A stretch of DNA of 64,000 nt from the human T2T-CHM13v2.0 reference genome, Homo sapiens (GCF_009914755.1 NC_060947.1); one strand, 5' to 3'; positions 11,335-27,154 are shown, counted from the first letter of the stretch. Translations and numbers: made by a program. The notes: generated from the sequence alone by a model not told the origin.

Positions 11335-12400
11335 GCATCCATTCAACAAATTCTTATTTAGCATTATTTTGTGAGTCGGATTTTGTTTTTGTAGACTAGC
11401 TTATGAAAATGCGAAACCCTGTAGCATGCAAAGTTGCATTACACAGCTTCTGTCTTTAAGGAATTTTATAATTTTGTAGGATTGAGCAAACAGATGCATA
11501 CCTATTTACAAATCAAAGCTGATTGTATTATCTGAATGGTGCAATCTAAATTCAATAATAAAACAGGAGGGAAGGATCTTTTAGGACTAAGGTAACTTGG
11601 CAAAGGGTTTGATTGAGGAAGTGGAATTTGGCTTGCCTGTGAACAGTTCGGTAGACTGTTACATTACAGCAAATGCAGCGGCAGGAAAAGGTTGTACTTG
11701 TTCAGGGAACATAGTGCCTAGTCCAAGTGGATTGAAACAAATTATCTTGAGGAGCCTTGGAAGGTAAAGCTTAGAGAAGCAAAGCATAATGTGCAGGTCA
11801 GTGAGCTCTAAAACTCCTCTTAAATTTGTCAGCAATTTTCTTTTTTGGCCAGTTTTTTCTTCTTGAAGGCTAACGTGTTGCAACTGTGATTTATATCTTA
11901 TTAAATTGAAAAAATAGTCATGCATGCAAAAGAACATTTTCTAAGTGTGAAACATTCTTCTGTTTCTTGACCCCAATCCCCCATTTCCTCATGTTCTTCC
12001 TTCTAACCATTAACCAGAGCGGTCCTTTACATTAGCAAACCTGTTTAGGCTCTTTGCCTTTGCAGTATTATTACCTCTGACTGCAGCCCCATTCTCAAAT
12101 ATCTTCACCTATCAAATGTTTACCAAACTGTTTAGACCCAATCCAAATATCACCTCTTTGACAAAAGCCTTCTTCAATTATTTTAGCCCTAAGAAATTCT
12201 TCCCTGCTGTTATACTATACAATTTAGATTGTACTACTCATAGGACACAAGCAAGCTTGATTTTTCCTTTTTTTCCCAACCACTCCATCAAACTTCTTCA
12301 AATTGGGTCAAACTTGTATATACTTATTTCCTTTTGCCTAAATATTTACTCAGCACATCACACTCTACATACCTTCTGTAGAATTTACTACTTTTCCAAT
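11335..12400. mobile_element. Decayed L2 fragments (minus ~11340-11800, plus ~11950-12400)
   Basis: cattcaacaaattcttatttagc 3' end; aaatatcacctctttgacaaaagccttc. Confidence 0.45.
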
Positions 12401-13593
12401 ATATTTTTCTAAAATTGATAAATTATTCCAGAGTAAAAAGGTTATTTTTGTGTAATTGTCAAAGTGAGACTTTTTACTGGACTATTTTTTTCTAAGATTA
12501 CGTTGGCTTGTTTCTCTTTTTAATTTATTAATGACTAGGAAAATTGATTGCCTGACAATTCTCCACAGAATTCCCTAATTTTACCTGGCTATTAAGCATG
12601 CCTACTACCACTCCCAAAATTTACAGGAACTGTAACGTGTCCATTTAGTAACCAGTTAAAAATGACACAGGAAGATATGAAAATTTATGGATTAAAGGCA
12701 CCAACATTAAGATATATTGACAGAGAATCCAAAAGAAAATATTATGTATTTATGAGAAAAGGAATGCTAAACAGCCAAGATAAAACAGGTCTTCAAATGT
12801 TCTGTATATTCATAGTTTAAAATTATATATATATATGATTAATTAAAAGCATTCTAGATACACTACTTTGCATGCAATGGGATCTCAAAAATACTGATTG
12901 ACTAGTAAGAAATACTTTATTTTCTCTGTTAAAATATCTCTAATTTTGACCTCATGCAACACCATTATTATTCCTGTTGTATTTTAATAAAATAAAAAAT
13001 TGGAAAACTATATACTATTGTCAGCAAATAATGCAAGAATTCTATCATATTATTAGAATACAGTGTTTTAGATTTTTTTTGTTGGTATTTTCAGAGGGTA
13101 AAATAAATCCAAGTCTACAGTGAGCCAAATACATCAATACACTTATTTCTGAGCCTTGTTTAAGATTGATATCAGAAATTTATTTGAATTGATGATGCCA
13201 CTTAGCTGAGACTGACTCTGGAAAAACTGTAATTCTGGTGACCCAAATCTTCCTATGTCCTATGTTTATTTGCAGCAGGCCAAAGACTAATAAAATACTG
13301 AATTAAAGAGTAGCCACTGATATGACAGATAGATTATTTTTCCAGTGGTAAAAGTAAATTGAGCTGCTTTCTAGGGGTAAAAGGAATATAATACATTTTA
13401 TGTTTCTATTTGTAAAATTTCTACCGACTTTTAAAGTAACAATTTAAAAGAATGCTATTTTTAGGCTTTCAGACATTCAAGTTTAGCAGATACTAATAGA
13501 GATTTTCTAGTTTCAATACCCTTGGAATACAGATGAATAAACACAAGCCCAGAGAGCTTAAATGACTTGCGAAAGATCATCTATTAAAATTTA

Positions 13594-13927
<334 letters not shown>

Positions 13928-14484
13928 TTACTAAAAATTTTATCTACGGTTGTGATATCAGCAATTACACAGTTTATACAGAAATGTTAATGACTAAATG
14001 ACACATTTGGTAAACACGAATTATGTTCCATCTCAATGACCTTAAAACTCAAGATGAAACTCTGGCTGTCAACCTACTTCAGATATATCTTTTTACTGAT
14101 TCATTGGATCCTCACTCATCTATGATCTTAAACTTGTATTCTCTAGTCAGTTTTCTATACCTCAAGAAAGTAGAAAATTCAGAAGAGAAAAACTACTTTT
14201 TACCTTATTCCTTTATTTGTTTTTTGGTCTAAAGTAAGTCTGGTGAATGTGAGTTTTTAATCTTGAACGTCCAAATGCTTGCCCATGTTTTCTTCTTTCC
14301 CTTGCCAGCAAAGAGGTTTTCAGATAAAAATTGCGGATGAGATTCATTATTGGTTAAATGTTATTTGAAGATTTCTAACATCCAGTAGGTGTCATCATTT
14401 ACTTGAAAAGAGTTTCAAACTTTCTTACTTTATAAGATTTCAGCTTCCCTTAAATTTATTTATATACATAGTTATTGTTTAAAA

Positions 14485-14650
14485 TTAAAAGATTAATTGT
14501 ATATATTAAGATGTACAACATGATGTTTTGATATACATATAATGAAATGATTACTACGGTCAAGCAAGTCAACATATTCAACAACAAAAAAATTATTGTT
14601 TTGTGGTAAGAGCACCTAATATCTACTCTCTTAGAAAATTTCTAGGGTAT
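14485..14650 (-). mobile_element. L1MA-type 3' end fragment
   Basis: gtacaacatgatgttttgatatacat...gtggtaagagcacctaatatctactctcttag. Confidence 0.65.
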
Positions 14651-17084
14651 TTACTAAATCCTATCTATTGAACTTAATTTATACTTTTGGTATAGTTGAT
14701 ATCTATGTTTTTTTGCATGAAATAGACTTTTAAAATCTTAATATGATAGGAACGTTTAACCTTCATCCTCAACTTATAGAAGCACAGATATTAATTCATA
14801 GCTTTTAAAATATGGAAATGTAGATTGTGACACTTCTAAAGTTTTGCGGCTATTGTGGCACATTGAAAAAATGACATCTTTAGTTTAAAGCAATTATATT
14901 TTCACTTTGTTTATTTTAATTGGCCTTAATGTTCAGGCTTTTTCTCCTTAGAAAGTTCACTAATGCTGGTTACTCTTACAAAAAGAAATGAAACAAGAAT
15001 TCAAGAACTGATAAATGCCCCAGGCTGCCTATATGAGACAAGAGCCTATTTTCAAGAATAGATCAGTTTTCGGTGTAGTCCAACTGTTCACTAGTGAGGG
15101 TTGATTAGAAATAATCACCCTTCATGAGAGAATAGTGGTGACCTGTCAAATAGGTTGTGTGTTAGAAACCAACATCTTTATTAAGAAAAATATTCAATTT
15201 AGTAAACTGATGGCATTTTAACCAAAAGCTAAAGTTAAATGCGATTTTTTAGATGTCTGTAACAATTGATTTTCTTCAGTTTGTGTTATGCTAGGATTTT
15301 TTTTTTCCTTTTCCTGTTTTGGGCTTTATCCATTCACTTAGAGCCTTACTTATCATTTTATAACAAGCTTCATATAACCTACGAATTGTTTCGTTTTGTT
15401 GTAAATTATTTGAAACACATGGGCCATCAACTGGAGCTTGCTTTAACTTAGACACATTTAAGGTGAGATAAAATGATGTTAAAACTAGTTGTCTTTAATC
15501 CTCAAAGTGTAGATATGAACACTCTGATGAAGTAGCAGAGCTCAAGTAGATTTTCTTGTATGGGGAATTGGCAATCTTTGCTATTGCTAACATTAACAGT
15601 ATAGTCCTTTAAGAGGATAAAAGGACAAATGGCTCTTCAACAAAGGTATTAAATTTTAAAATGCTCTAGAATGCACAGCAAAGCTAGAGTACAGGAAGGA
15701 AGAAAGAAAGGGAGATTCACTAAGGAGGAATCGTTAAAATTTATGTCTTAAGAGTCATATTTGGAGGCATCATATATATGTGTGTGTGTGTGTCTGTCTG
15801 TGTGTGTGTGTTCTTACCTTCTAAGGACATGGTGACATTCTCACATTTACTTGTTTTTCAAGGAATCATTCTTTTTTGTTTGTTTATTTCTATCCGTTTT
15901 TTATTCAGTCTATGCTCACTTCCTTTGTTAAACAATAGCTGACATGCTTCAATCATTTACACCTACTCAAAACCTAAAAAGATTATATTTTATATTGAAA
16001 TGAGTAACAATTCAAGCAAATGGACATGCTCAATTCTCACAAATTTTAATGACGATAGTATAAATCCACATTTACATATTTTCATTATTTCCAATAAACT
16101 AAGCATATCTTTGGAACTCCTTCCCTTGGTTTCAGGGTTAAATTGCCTAAGTGGAAATAAGATAATATTTTTAAAAATATGCTCTCTAAATAGTTTACTT
16201 GTTGGAATATATATATTGTTTAGTCTACTTCATATACAGACACATGATCAATTCATGTTTAAGGGAAAATATAATTACTCCTTCAGTTTCCTATTTGTTT
16301 TTATGTTCTAGTTTACTTCTAAATTTATTGTAAGATTGGATACCATTTAGCACTTAATTTCTTCTGAATAAGGCCCACACTGGAGATAAAAAAGGTAATA
16401 AAATATATATGGTTCATGCTTTTTTGGTTTGTGAGATGGGTTTTGCTCTGTGAAAAATATTAATATTTGTATAGCTCTTGAAAACAGAAACATTGTTTTG
16501 TGAGTTTATGCTAATTTTTGTCAATAAATGTAGCATTCTATTGTATTTGGTTATCTTAATTTCATCTTTAAAATAACTGTGGTAAGATTAATGTCTTGAA
16601 TATTAATTTTTGCTTTGTTTACATTTTAAGAGCTTACTCAAGTCTTCGTTTCTTCCAGGCAGCCAACTGCTAATGACCATTTGAAAATTACACTGGCTAG
16701 GTTCTTGAAATTTGTAGAACTTATTTATTAGAGAAGAGACTCCAAAGAGTAGGAGAGAGAAAAAGAGCCATATTGAAGGAACTTTGAACTTTCCAGAAAG
16801 CAGAGGAGGTGACATGATGTGTGATGGAAAAAAGTACCTATTTGCACATAGTGTCCCAGACTATAAAGTGGCTGTGGGACGCCAAATCAGAAAATAGGAA
16901 TAGTGGAAGAGGGTCATCTCTGAGAATGATTGGGAAAGAAGTACTTCAGAGACAGGTGGCAAGAACTGGCACTGGAGAGCAGCACCAATTTATACTCTGA
17001 CACAGAAGCATGCTCACTTTGACATTACAGCATTTGGTACCTGAAAAATTATTCATTTTTAAAAATTGAATAGATTGAAATGGC

Positions 17085-17490
17085 TTTTTTTGATTTGCAT
17101 ATCTTTAATTACGAGTGAAGCTGAACATTTTTTCATATGTTTGATGACCATTTGTATTTCCTGTCTGTGAATTTTTCGACCATATCCTTTCTTTTTCTAC
17201 TGGATTTTCTCTTTCATTCTTTCAGCTCTTAATAGTGATATTTTTTTCTAGAGAGAAGACTTAAGCTTTTATGTAGTCTTATTATTTTCCTTTATTACTT
17301 CTGGTTGTGTTTTCCTTTAGAAGAGTTTCTCTATTCCACAGGTATAAACAAATCCATTTACACTTCTCTTTATAAATTATATAGTTTGACATTTTATAGT
17401 TAAATATTTGTTCAGTCCTCTGGAATTTATTTTGGTTTCAGGAGTGAGTGGGGGATACAGCCTTATTTTTTTGAAAATATAAGCCAGTGT
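17085..17490 (-). mobile_element. Old L1 (L1M/L1ME) fragment
   Basis: ttgatttgcat...gctgaacattttttcatatgtttgatgaccatttgtatttc. Confidence 0.65.
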
Positions 17491-17504
17491 CTTGGCGGCA
17501 TAGA

Positions 17505-17655
17505 ACTTACCATCTTCAGGTAACGAAGTTGAGGCTAGAGCAGTTAAACAACTCACCTAAAGTTTCTAAGTGAGTTATTAGCAAAGTAGAGACTAGAAAT
17601 CTGGTCTCCTACTTAAACTTTTGGCCTGTAATTTTTCCAACAAAGTACGCTGACT
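17505..17655 (-). mobile_element. MIR SINE
   Basis: gaagttgaggctagagcagttaaacaactcacctaaagt. Confidence 0.55.
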
Positions 17656-18039
17656 CATTGTCACCTTCTCTACTTAATTAAGTACTTTCCTGGCTTGACA
17701 GCATTCTGATTTACTCTAACCCAGTAGAAATTAGATGAAAAAACTTTTTAAATTTAAACAATTATCTCCTTGCCACCAGGAAAGTATGAATTAGAAAATG
17801 ATTTATTTCCTTGTATAGGGAAGATTTACACCAGGAACTTTGGAGAGAGAGACCAGGTGTGCTTTAAACTGGTGGTTGGCATAAGTCTGGAAGGTAATGA
17901 TCATAATGCTATCATGAGAGAGGGTTGGAGTAAGAATGGTAACAAAGTAAGAGGGGAGAACTGGACTTCTTTATATTTTTCTCTTAGGCTAGACCTCACA
18001 GAATTACTAGTTGTATGTAATTAGTAAGATATGCTTTAA

Positions 18040-18770
18040 ATTAATAATAACAGCTTGCACTTATCAGGATCTTACCATGTATAAAGTACTTTGTTAGGCT
18101 TCATATGAATTATCTCTGGTCCTCAGTATACAGATGATAAAGCTAGTAATTGTTGAGTAAGAATTCAAACTCAGAACAGTTTGATTCCAGAGCCTCTGCT
18201 CTCTTAATTAAACTTCAGTTCTTTCAACCTTTATTTCTTTTCAGTAATTCTGCTTTTGAATCTTAGATCAGAAATCTATTATTATAAGAAAACTCAGCAT
18301 ATAAAATTTTGCTAATGTAATTAATCAAATAGAGAATTAATTATGCTTGGTTTCCTGTCTTGTAGTTTTAAATTTTCAGTTCTCCCTGAGATACCCTGCC
18401 ATCGTGCCTCCAACTGAGAAATAGCTACTAGATCAATGCTTGTAGAACGTAATTATCCTGACCACAGTTGTAATTCATATGCATTAATTCCACAAATATT
18501 AATTGAGCACTACAAGGGTCCAACCTCTGTATCAGGCTCTAAGGATACAAAGATTTGACTCTGATTCTTGAGAAGCTCACACTCTAATAAAAATAAGTGT
18601 GCTTATAAAAATTACACTGTAATCTGAAATGTGATATAAATGAGATATGTGAAAAACATTATGGGGACCAGAGGGAGAACCAACTAAAACTGTCTGAAAG
18701 TTGGGTCAGGGAAGAACTTACTCATGAGGCAAAGACAAACAAGAGAGATGGATGAGCATTCTAAGTAAAG
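18040..18770 (-). mobile_element. MIR (~18040-18210) and L2 (~18480-18770) fragments
   Basis: agaattcaaactcag...tttgattccagagcctctgctct; ttccacaaatattaattgagcactac. Confidence 0.55.
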
Positions 18771-19397
18771 GAATTACTAATAATACCATAATTTTTACCC
18801 ATCCTCAAAAAGTAATATTTTTGAGAACACAGATTTTGTGTGCTAAGTATTTATTTTTCTTAGTACACAAGAAAACAAATACATAACTATTAAAACATTT
18901 GCCAGTGTGTCCCCGCAAATTTTCTTGTGGACCACCAATGGTAGTGTATCCACACATTGAGAAGCATTGCTCTATTAGCAATACTGGCATTATTCCCAGG
19001 GCTCAGTGCAGCTGTGTGGGTTTTTTATATAACTGGACATTTGCTGTCCATTTAGGCTATGTCTTTCTTAGGCAGTGGTGAATGGATGACATTTCGTTTT
19101 TCTTTCTTGACTACAGAGAAGTGGAACACTGCATTGAGTATAGTCAGGTGAACCCCTGCAAAGGACCTGTGTGGGGATTGAAAAGGACTTTATGAGTATC
19201 CAGGATGAATAGAAAATATGACCTTGCAGCTTCCATTTTAGGCAAACAAGGGCAGATATGAATCATTCAGCTGATCTGTGGAATAATTTAGCCTCCTTGC
19301 TTAAAATGTTGACAAGACTGGCGAATATATGGCATATGTACCATCATGTGTATGTCACATAATTTCACTGACATATGAAAAATTAAAATTATCTTTA

Positions 19398-21604
19398 TCC
19401 CTTCGTGTTAAAAACTCTCAATAAGCTAAGTATTGAATGAACTTACCTCAAAGAATAAGAAACATATATGACAAACTCACAGCCTACATCACACTGAATG
19501 GACAAAAGCTGGAATTATTCCCCTTGAAAACTGGCACAAGACAAAGATGCCCCATCTCACCACTCCTATTCAACATAGTATTAGAAGTTCTGGCCAAGGC
19601 AATCAGGCAAGAGAAAGAAATAAAGGGCATTCAAATAGGAAGAGAGGAAGTCAAACTATCCTTGTTTGCAGGTGACATGATTCTATCTCTCAAAAACCCC
19701 ATCATCTCAGCCAAAAAGCTACTTAAACTGATAAGCAACTTCAGCAAAGTCTCAGGATGCAAAATCAATGTGCAAAAATCGCTAGCATTATTATACACCA
19801 ACAACAGTCAAGCCAAGACCTGTCATGAATAAACTTTCATTTACAGTTGCCACAAAAACAACAAAATACCTAGGACTAGAGCAAACTGGGGAGGTGAAAG
19901 ATCTTTACAAGGAGAACTACAAACCACTGCTCAAAGAAATCAGAGATGAAACGAACAAATGGAAAAACACCCCATGATCATGGAAAGGAAGAATCACTAT
20001 CGTTAAAATGGCCATACTGTCCAAAGCAATTTGTAGATTCAATGCTATTCCCATTAAATTACAATTCACATTCTTCACAGAACTAGAACAAAACTATTTT
20101 AAAATTCATATGGAACCAAAAAACACCCAATAGCCAAGGCAATCCTAAGCAAAAAGAACAAAGCTGGAGGCATCATGCTACCCGACTTCAAACTATACTA
20201 CAGGGCTAAATAACCAAACAGCATGGTACTGGCATAGACCAATGGAATAGAATACAGAACCCAGAAATAAGACTGCACAACTAAAAATATCTGATCTTTG
20301 ACAAACCTGACAAGAACAATCAATAGGGAAAGGATTCCGTGTTCAATAAATGGTGCTGGGATAACTTGCTAGCGATACTCAGAAGACTGAAACTGGACCC
20401 CTTCCTTATATCATATAGAAAAATTAACTCAAGATGGATAAAGACTTAAATGTAATACCCAAGACTACAAAAACCCTAAAAGACAACATAGGCAATGACA
20501 TCCTTGAAATAGGAACAGGCAAAGATTTTACAACAAAGACACCAAAAGCAATCCCAACAAAAGCAAAAATTGACAAGTGGGATTTAATTAAACTAAAGAG
20601 CTTCCACACAACAAAACAAATAAACAAACAAACACCACCAATAGAGTAGACAGACAACCTACAGAATGGGAAAAAATTGCAAACTATGCATCTGACAAAG
20701 GTCTAATATCCAGCATCTGCAAGGAACTTAAATAAATTTAGAAGAAATAAAACAACACCATTAAAAAGTGGGCAAAGGACATGAACAGACAATTCTCAAA
20801 AGAAGAAATATAGTGGCCAACAATCACATTAAAAAAAGCTCAACATCACCTATCATTAGAGAAATGCAAATCAAAACCACAATGAGATACCATGTCACAC
20901 CAGTCAGAATAACAATTATTACGAAATCAAAAAAAATAACAGATGCTGTGAGGTTGTGGAGAAAAAGGAACGCTTATACAGTGTTTATGAGAGTATAAAT
21001 TAGTTCAACCATTGTGGAAGACAGTGTGACAATTCCTCAAAGACCTACTAAAGACGGAAGTACCATTCGACCCAGCAATCCTATTACTGTGTATATAACC
21101 AAAGGAATGTAAATCATTCTATTATAAAGACACCTGCAAACATTTGTTAATTGCAGCACTATTCACAACAGCAAAGACATGGAATCAACCTAGATGTTCA
21201 TCAATCATAGATGGGATAAAGAAAATGTGGCACAAATACACCATGGACTACTATGCAGCCATAAAAAAGAATGAAATAATGTCCTTTGCAGGGACATGTA
21301 TGGAGCTGGAGGCCATTATGCTTAGAAAACTAACCCAGGAACAGAAAACCAAATACCACATGTTCTCACTTATACGTGGGAGCTAAATGATGAGAACACA
21401 TGGGCATACAAGAGGGGAACAACACACACTGGGACCTATTAGAGGGTGAAGGGTGGGAGGAGGGAGAGGATCAGGAAAAATAACTAATGGGTACTAGGCT
21501 TAATACCCGTGTGATAAAATAATCTCTTCAACAAACCTCCATGACACACATTTGCCTATGTAACAAACCTGCACCTGTACCCCTAAACTTAAAATAGAAG
21601 TATA
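19398..21604 (+). mobile_element. 5'-truncated L1, L1PA13-like
   Basis: ORF2 remnants (ORFs 19437, 20434, 20768, 21144); 3'UTR aggatcaggaaaaataactaatgggtactagg; TSD aaaattatcttt / aaagttatcttt. Confidence 0.88.
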
Positions 21605-22142
21605 AAAAGTTATCTTTTTAACTTGATAGCTTCTTTAGGTTTTTGTTAGCAATTACTTCAATGTTTCAAATAAATTTTTAAATATGAAGAGGTTTAGGTT
21701 TTTAGTAAATTGAATTTCCATTATGTTTTTATTATAATGAGCATAAAAATACTTGTTTGTTTTCCAGGAGTACAATAAATGAACGAATTTATTAATGATG
21801 AAACTATGAATACATTTAGATCTAGCAAAAAAAGAGTGACACTAGAAAACAGTGGTTATGAATATTACAAAACTTTTCTAATTTAAACATAGCTGACTAC
21901 TGAATTTTGGTCTGTTAGAAATCATGCTATGTACTGTACTGCCATTTCTCAATTTTGGTTACAAACATCGATTATAGCCAGTTTAGGCCCTTCATGATGA
22001 GTTTGGACACTATCATTTGATTTCATATTGAACTTGAGTGTTCCAATGAGTTTTGGATATAATATTTGGCTTCTTTAATTACTTAATTATTTTAAATTTG
22101 TGATGAGAGCTTCACATTTCATTATTAGATTTATTTCATTAA

Positions 22143-22340
22143 TAAGCTTTATTGAGATATAATTTACATGCCATACACTGAACTCATTTAAAGTGTACAG
22201 TTCAGTATGTTTTTGTGTATATCCAGAATTGTGCAACCATCACCACAATAGATTTTAGAACATTTAAACCACCCACTAAAGAAATCCCTTGCCCATTGGT
22301 AGTCACTTCACATTCTCCCCAACTCCCTCCCCCAATGTAT
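22143..22340 (-). mobile_element. L1MB-type 3' end fragment
   Basis: gctttattgagatataatttacatgccat...aaagtgtacagttcag. Confidence 0.75.
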
Positions 22341-22359
22341 CTGCAGTTTAACACATCGA

Positions 22360-24017
22360 TACATTTATGTGGAAATTAAATTAAAGGGACACAGACCAGT
22401 CAAAGTACCCTTGGAAAATAAAAATAAAGTTGAAGGACTCAGAATTCTCAGTTTCAAAACTCATTACAAAGCATCATTAAGACAGATAGTGGCATAGGGC
22501 GAGACTTGTGGATCAATGGAATAGAACTCAGAATCCACAAAGACACAATTACATTTGTGGTCACCTGATTTTCAACAAAAGTTCAAAGAGAATTCCATAG
22601 AGCAAAAAATAGTCTTTTCAACAAATGACACTGGAAGAGTGAAAACCAGCATACAAACAAATGAAATTGAGTGAACTTCTTCACATCATACACACAAAAA
22701 ATCAACTCAAAATAGATGACAGACCTAAATGTAAGAGTGAAAACAATAAAACTCTTATAATAAAACATAAGAGTAAGTCTTCATGACTTTGAGTTAGCCT
22801 ATGGTTTCTTAAATATGACACCAAGAGCACACTCAATAAAAGAAAAACAGATAAATTGGACTTCATCGATTTTAAATATTTTGTGCTGCAAGCAATATCA
22901 TCAGTAAAGTTAAAAGACAACCCATATAATGTGAAAATATTTACAAGTAATATGTACAACAAGGGAATTTTATCCAGAATATATAAAGAACTCTCACATC
23001 TCAATAAGAAAAAGACAAACAACCCAATTTATAAATGGGGAAAGGATTTGATATGACTCAGTAATTCCACTCCTAGATTCATAACAAATAGAAATAAAAG
23101 CTTACATGCACATAAAAACTTATACACAGATGTTTGTATAGGCATTATTTATTATAGCCAAGTAGAAAGAACCCAAATGTCCACCAATGGATAAATGGGT
23201 AAGTAAAAGGTAGTGTATCAGTACAACTGAATATTTTTCAGCAGTAGAAAGGAATAAGATAGTGATACATGCTACCTCAAAAACATTATACTAAGTGAAA
23301 GAACCCAGTAACAAAGTGACTACAAATGATTTTATTTCATATATGTGAAATATCCAGATCAGGCAAATCAATAGAGACAAAAAATATCTTGGTGGTTGCC
23401 TGGGGCTGGCAGGGAGGGAGAATTTGGGGGAATGAAGAGTAACTGCTAATGGATATGGGATTTATTTCTAGAGGGAACAATATTCTAAAAATAATTGTAG
23501 TGTGCTATGTTTTGGATGTGTTTTCTCCCTGCCATAACTCATGTTGAAATTTAATGCCATTGTAACCATGTTGAGAGGTGGGGCCTTTAAGTGGTGATTA
23601 GGTCATTAAGATGGATTACCCTCTTTCTCAGGAGACTGGGTTAGTCCTCATGAAACTGAATCAGTTCCTGCAAAAACAGGTTGTGTTATAAAACGGGTCA
23701 GCCTCCTTTGTCTCCTCTCTCTTAGCACATAACCAATTCCCCTTCCACTTTTCTGCTAAACTATGAAGCAGCACAAGGCTCTCACCAGATGCAGCCACCT
23801 GATCTTGAATTTTCCAGCCTCCAGAACTGTGAGCTAAGTAAATTTCTTGTCTTGATAATGTACTCAGTCTCAGGTATTTTGTTATAGCAACAGAAATAAA
23901 CTAAGGCAGGGTGAATGTTGCATAACCCTGTTATACTAAAAACATCGAATTTTACACTTTAAATGAGTGAATTATATGGTATCTGTATGATTTCTTACTA
24001 AAGCTGTTAAAAATAAA
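22360..24017 (+). mobile_element. L1MB-type ORF2 end and 3'UTR, split by an MST LTR
   Basis: L1 3' motifs; resumes after 23908 and ends aaagctgttaaaaataaa. Confidence 0.75.
23503..23908 (+). mobile_element. MaLR solo LTR (MSTB/MSTC-like)
   Basis: tgctatgttttggatgtg...ttgttatagcaacagaaataaactaaggca; TG...CA termini; imperfect 5-bp TSD tagtg/gggtg. Confidence 0.85.
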
Positions 24018-24019
24018 TG

Positions 24020-27000
24020 TGGGTAAGTGCAATAAATTCCCTTTTTCCTTGTGAGTTTATAGTTTATAAATTATAGTTGATGATTGAAACAAAAAATAGC
24101 ATTATCTGATGTTAAAGGCAATAGTATTTAAAAAGTGGGAAAGGTAAAGGGACCTTAATGTAAGTATGGTTTCCCCACTATACTAAAAGTGGTAAAATGT
24201 TGAAACCAGGAGACTGTGATAAGTCACATATGTGTATTGTAATACCTACAGCAACCTCTATGAAAACTATACAAAATATGCACTCAAAAACAAAAACACT
24301 ATAAATGACTCAAGATAGAATTCTAAAATATGTTCAAGTAACCAACAGGAAGGCAAGAAAAGAGAAATAGAGGAATGAGAGCCAGAGGAAACAAACGGAA
24401 AACAAATAATAAAATGGCAGACTTAAGTTCTAACATATCAATAATAACCTTAAATGTAAACAGTCTAAATACAGGAATCAAAAGACAGAGACTGGAAGGA
24501 AACAAACAAACATTACCCAATGATATACTGTTTGCAAGAAACACTTGTCAACTTCAGTAACAGGGGTAGGTTAAACATAAAAGAATGGAAAAAGACACAC
24601 CAAGTAAATACTAATTTTAAAAAGGTAGGAATTAATACATAGTATCCAATCAACTTCAGGGCAAATAAATTACTAGAGATAGAGGGACTTTAAATAATGA
24701 TAAAAGGATCAATTCACCCTGAAGACATAATGATCCTAAATGTGCATGGATTAAACAATAGTGCCCCAAAACAAATAAATGAAGCAAATGCATGAAGCAA
24801 AATCTGATAGACCCAAAGGGAGAAATAGTATGTTGAAGTCCCCAGCTATACTTGTGGATCTGTATAGTTGGGGACTTTCACATATTCTTCATAGCAACTG
24901 ATAGAACTACTAGATAGAAAGTCATCAAAGATATAAAGGAGCTGAACAATACAATAAACCAACAGGATCTAATTTATATAGATATAACACTCCACATGAG
25001 AACAGCAGAACACACATTTTTAAGCATTCATTGAACATTCATCAAGATATACCATACCCAGCATCATAAGACACCTCAATACATATAAAATAATTGAAAT
25101 GATACAGATATGTTCTCTGACAATAATGAAATCAAATTAGAAATCAATAATAAAACAAAACAGGAAAATATCCAAATACTTCAAAATTAAACAAAACACC
25201 TTTATATAGCCCATCAGTCAAAGAGAAAGTCTCTAAGGAAAATAACAATAAAACAAACATATCAAAATATAGGAGATACAGCTAAAGCAGTGCTCAGAGA
25301 GAAGTTCATAGCATGAAATCATTACATTAAACAAGAAGCAAGTCTCAAATTAATATTCTAATACTTTCAACAAGCTAGAAAAAAGAAAAAAGACAAACAC
25401 AAAGCATGCAGAAAGATTATGAAATAATACAGAGAAAGGGAGAAATCAATGAAGTCGAAAACAGAAAAACATTGGAGAAAATTGATACAATTAAAAGCTG
25501 ATTCTCAAACAAATTATAAGCTTGATAAACCTCTAGCAAGGCTGACAAAAACAAAAACAGATTGCACAAGTAACCAATATGGGGAATGAAACAGGAGATA
25601 GCACTACAGATCTTGCAGTTAATGAAAGGGTAATAAGGGAGGAATATGAATAACTTTACACTCATAAATTTTACCAGTTATAAGAAATGGACCAGTTTCC
25701 TAAAAATCACACACTCTAAAATCTCAACCACGATGAATAATCCCTGCTACTAAACACTTAAAACATAATTAAAATAAATTCTACATGATGCCTTCCAAAA
25801 ATTCAAAGATATAACATTTCCTAATTTTACAAGGCCAGTATTACCCTGCTACCAAAACCAGACAAAGATAGTATAAAATAAGAAAAATACAGACCAATAT
25901 CTATCAAGAACTTAGAAGTAGAAATTTTTGATAAAACTTTGGCAAACCTAATCCAACAATGTATAAAAGAAATTACATACAATGACAAAGTGTGATTTAT
26001 TCCAGGTATGCAAGACTGGTTGAACATTTGGCTCAATTAAAGTAATCCATCATTTTAATTTTTTTATTTTTAATTGTTTGTGGGTACATAGTAGGTGCAA
26101 TATTTATCAACAGGTGAAAGAAGAAAAATCGTGATCATATTAACATATATGGAAGGCACATTTGACAAAATTCCACAGATATTGATGATAAAAACTCTGA
26201 GCCAGTTAGCAATAGAGAGAAATTACTTCAACTTGATAAAGAACATGTAAAAAATCCTATTGTTAACATCATATTAAATGGTGAAAGACTGAATGCTTTC
26301 CCCCTAAAACTGGGAAAGATGTGTGCTCTCACCACTCTTTCTTAACACTGTGCGGGAAGTTTTAGTCAGCACAATAAGACAAGAAAAAGAAATAAAAGGT
26401 ATGCAGTTGGAAGGAAAGGAATAAAATTGTCCCTATTTGCAGATGATATGATTGTTTACATAGAAAATCCATTGAAGTCTATAAAAAAACCTCTAGAACT
26501 AATAAGTGTGTTCAGTAAGTTTGGAAGATACGAAATCAACATACAAAAGTTAATTTCACTTCTATATACTATGAACAGGTGGAAAATAAAATTAAAAGCA
26601 CAATATCATTTACAATTGTTAGAAAGAAAATAAAATATTTAGGTATATACTTAAAATATGTACAAGTTCTATATGCTTAAAATTATAAACTACTGATGAA
26701 GAACATAAAAAAAGAAATGGAGAGACATATCACGCTCACAGAATGAAAAACTCAGTATATAAAAGATGTCAATTCTCTCTGAATTGGTCTATAGATTTAA
26801 TGTAATTCTTATTAAAATTTCAAGCTTTTGTAGACATAGACATAAACATAGACATATTCTAAAATTTCTATGAAAATGCACAGGTTCTAGAATAGCTAAA
26901 GCAATTTCAAAAAGAAGAACAAAGCAGGAAGAATCACTTCATATCATGTTAAGGTTTACTATAGCCACAGTAATCAAAGCAGTGTGGTTTGGCAGAAGAA

Positions 27001-27154
27001 TAGGTGCATAGGCAACTGACTTTTGGTAAAGGTGCAAACACAAATCAATGAAGGGTAGTCTTTTCAATAAATGATACTAGAACAACTGGATACCCATAGG
27101 CAACGATGAACCTTGACCTTAACTTACACCTTATCTTAAAAACTAACTCACAAA
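24020..27154 (+). mobile_element. Old L1 body (L1MD-like), outermost host of the nested cluster
   Basis: Decayed ORF2 (ITLNVNSL; [14 protein letters not shown] in ORF 26427); continues at ~42867. Confidence 0.75.

Noticed and set aside
21964-22000. IDYSQF resembling the RT motif IDYRxLN
   Set aside because: Isolated short match with no neighbouring motifs in order.
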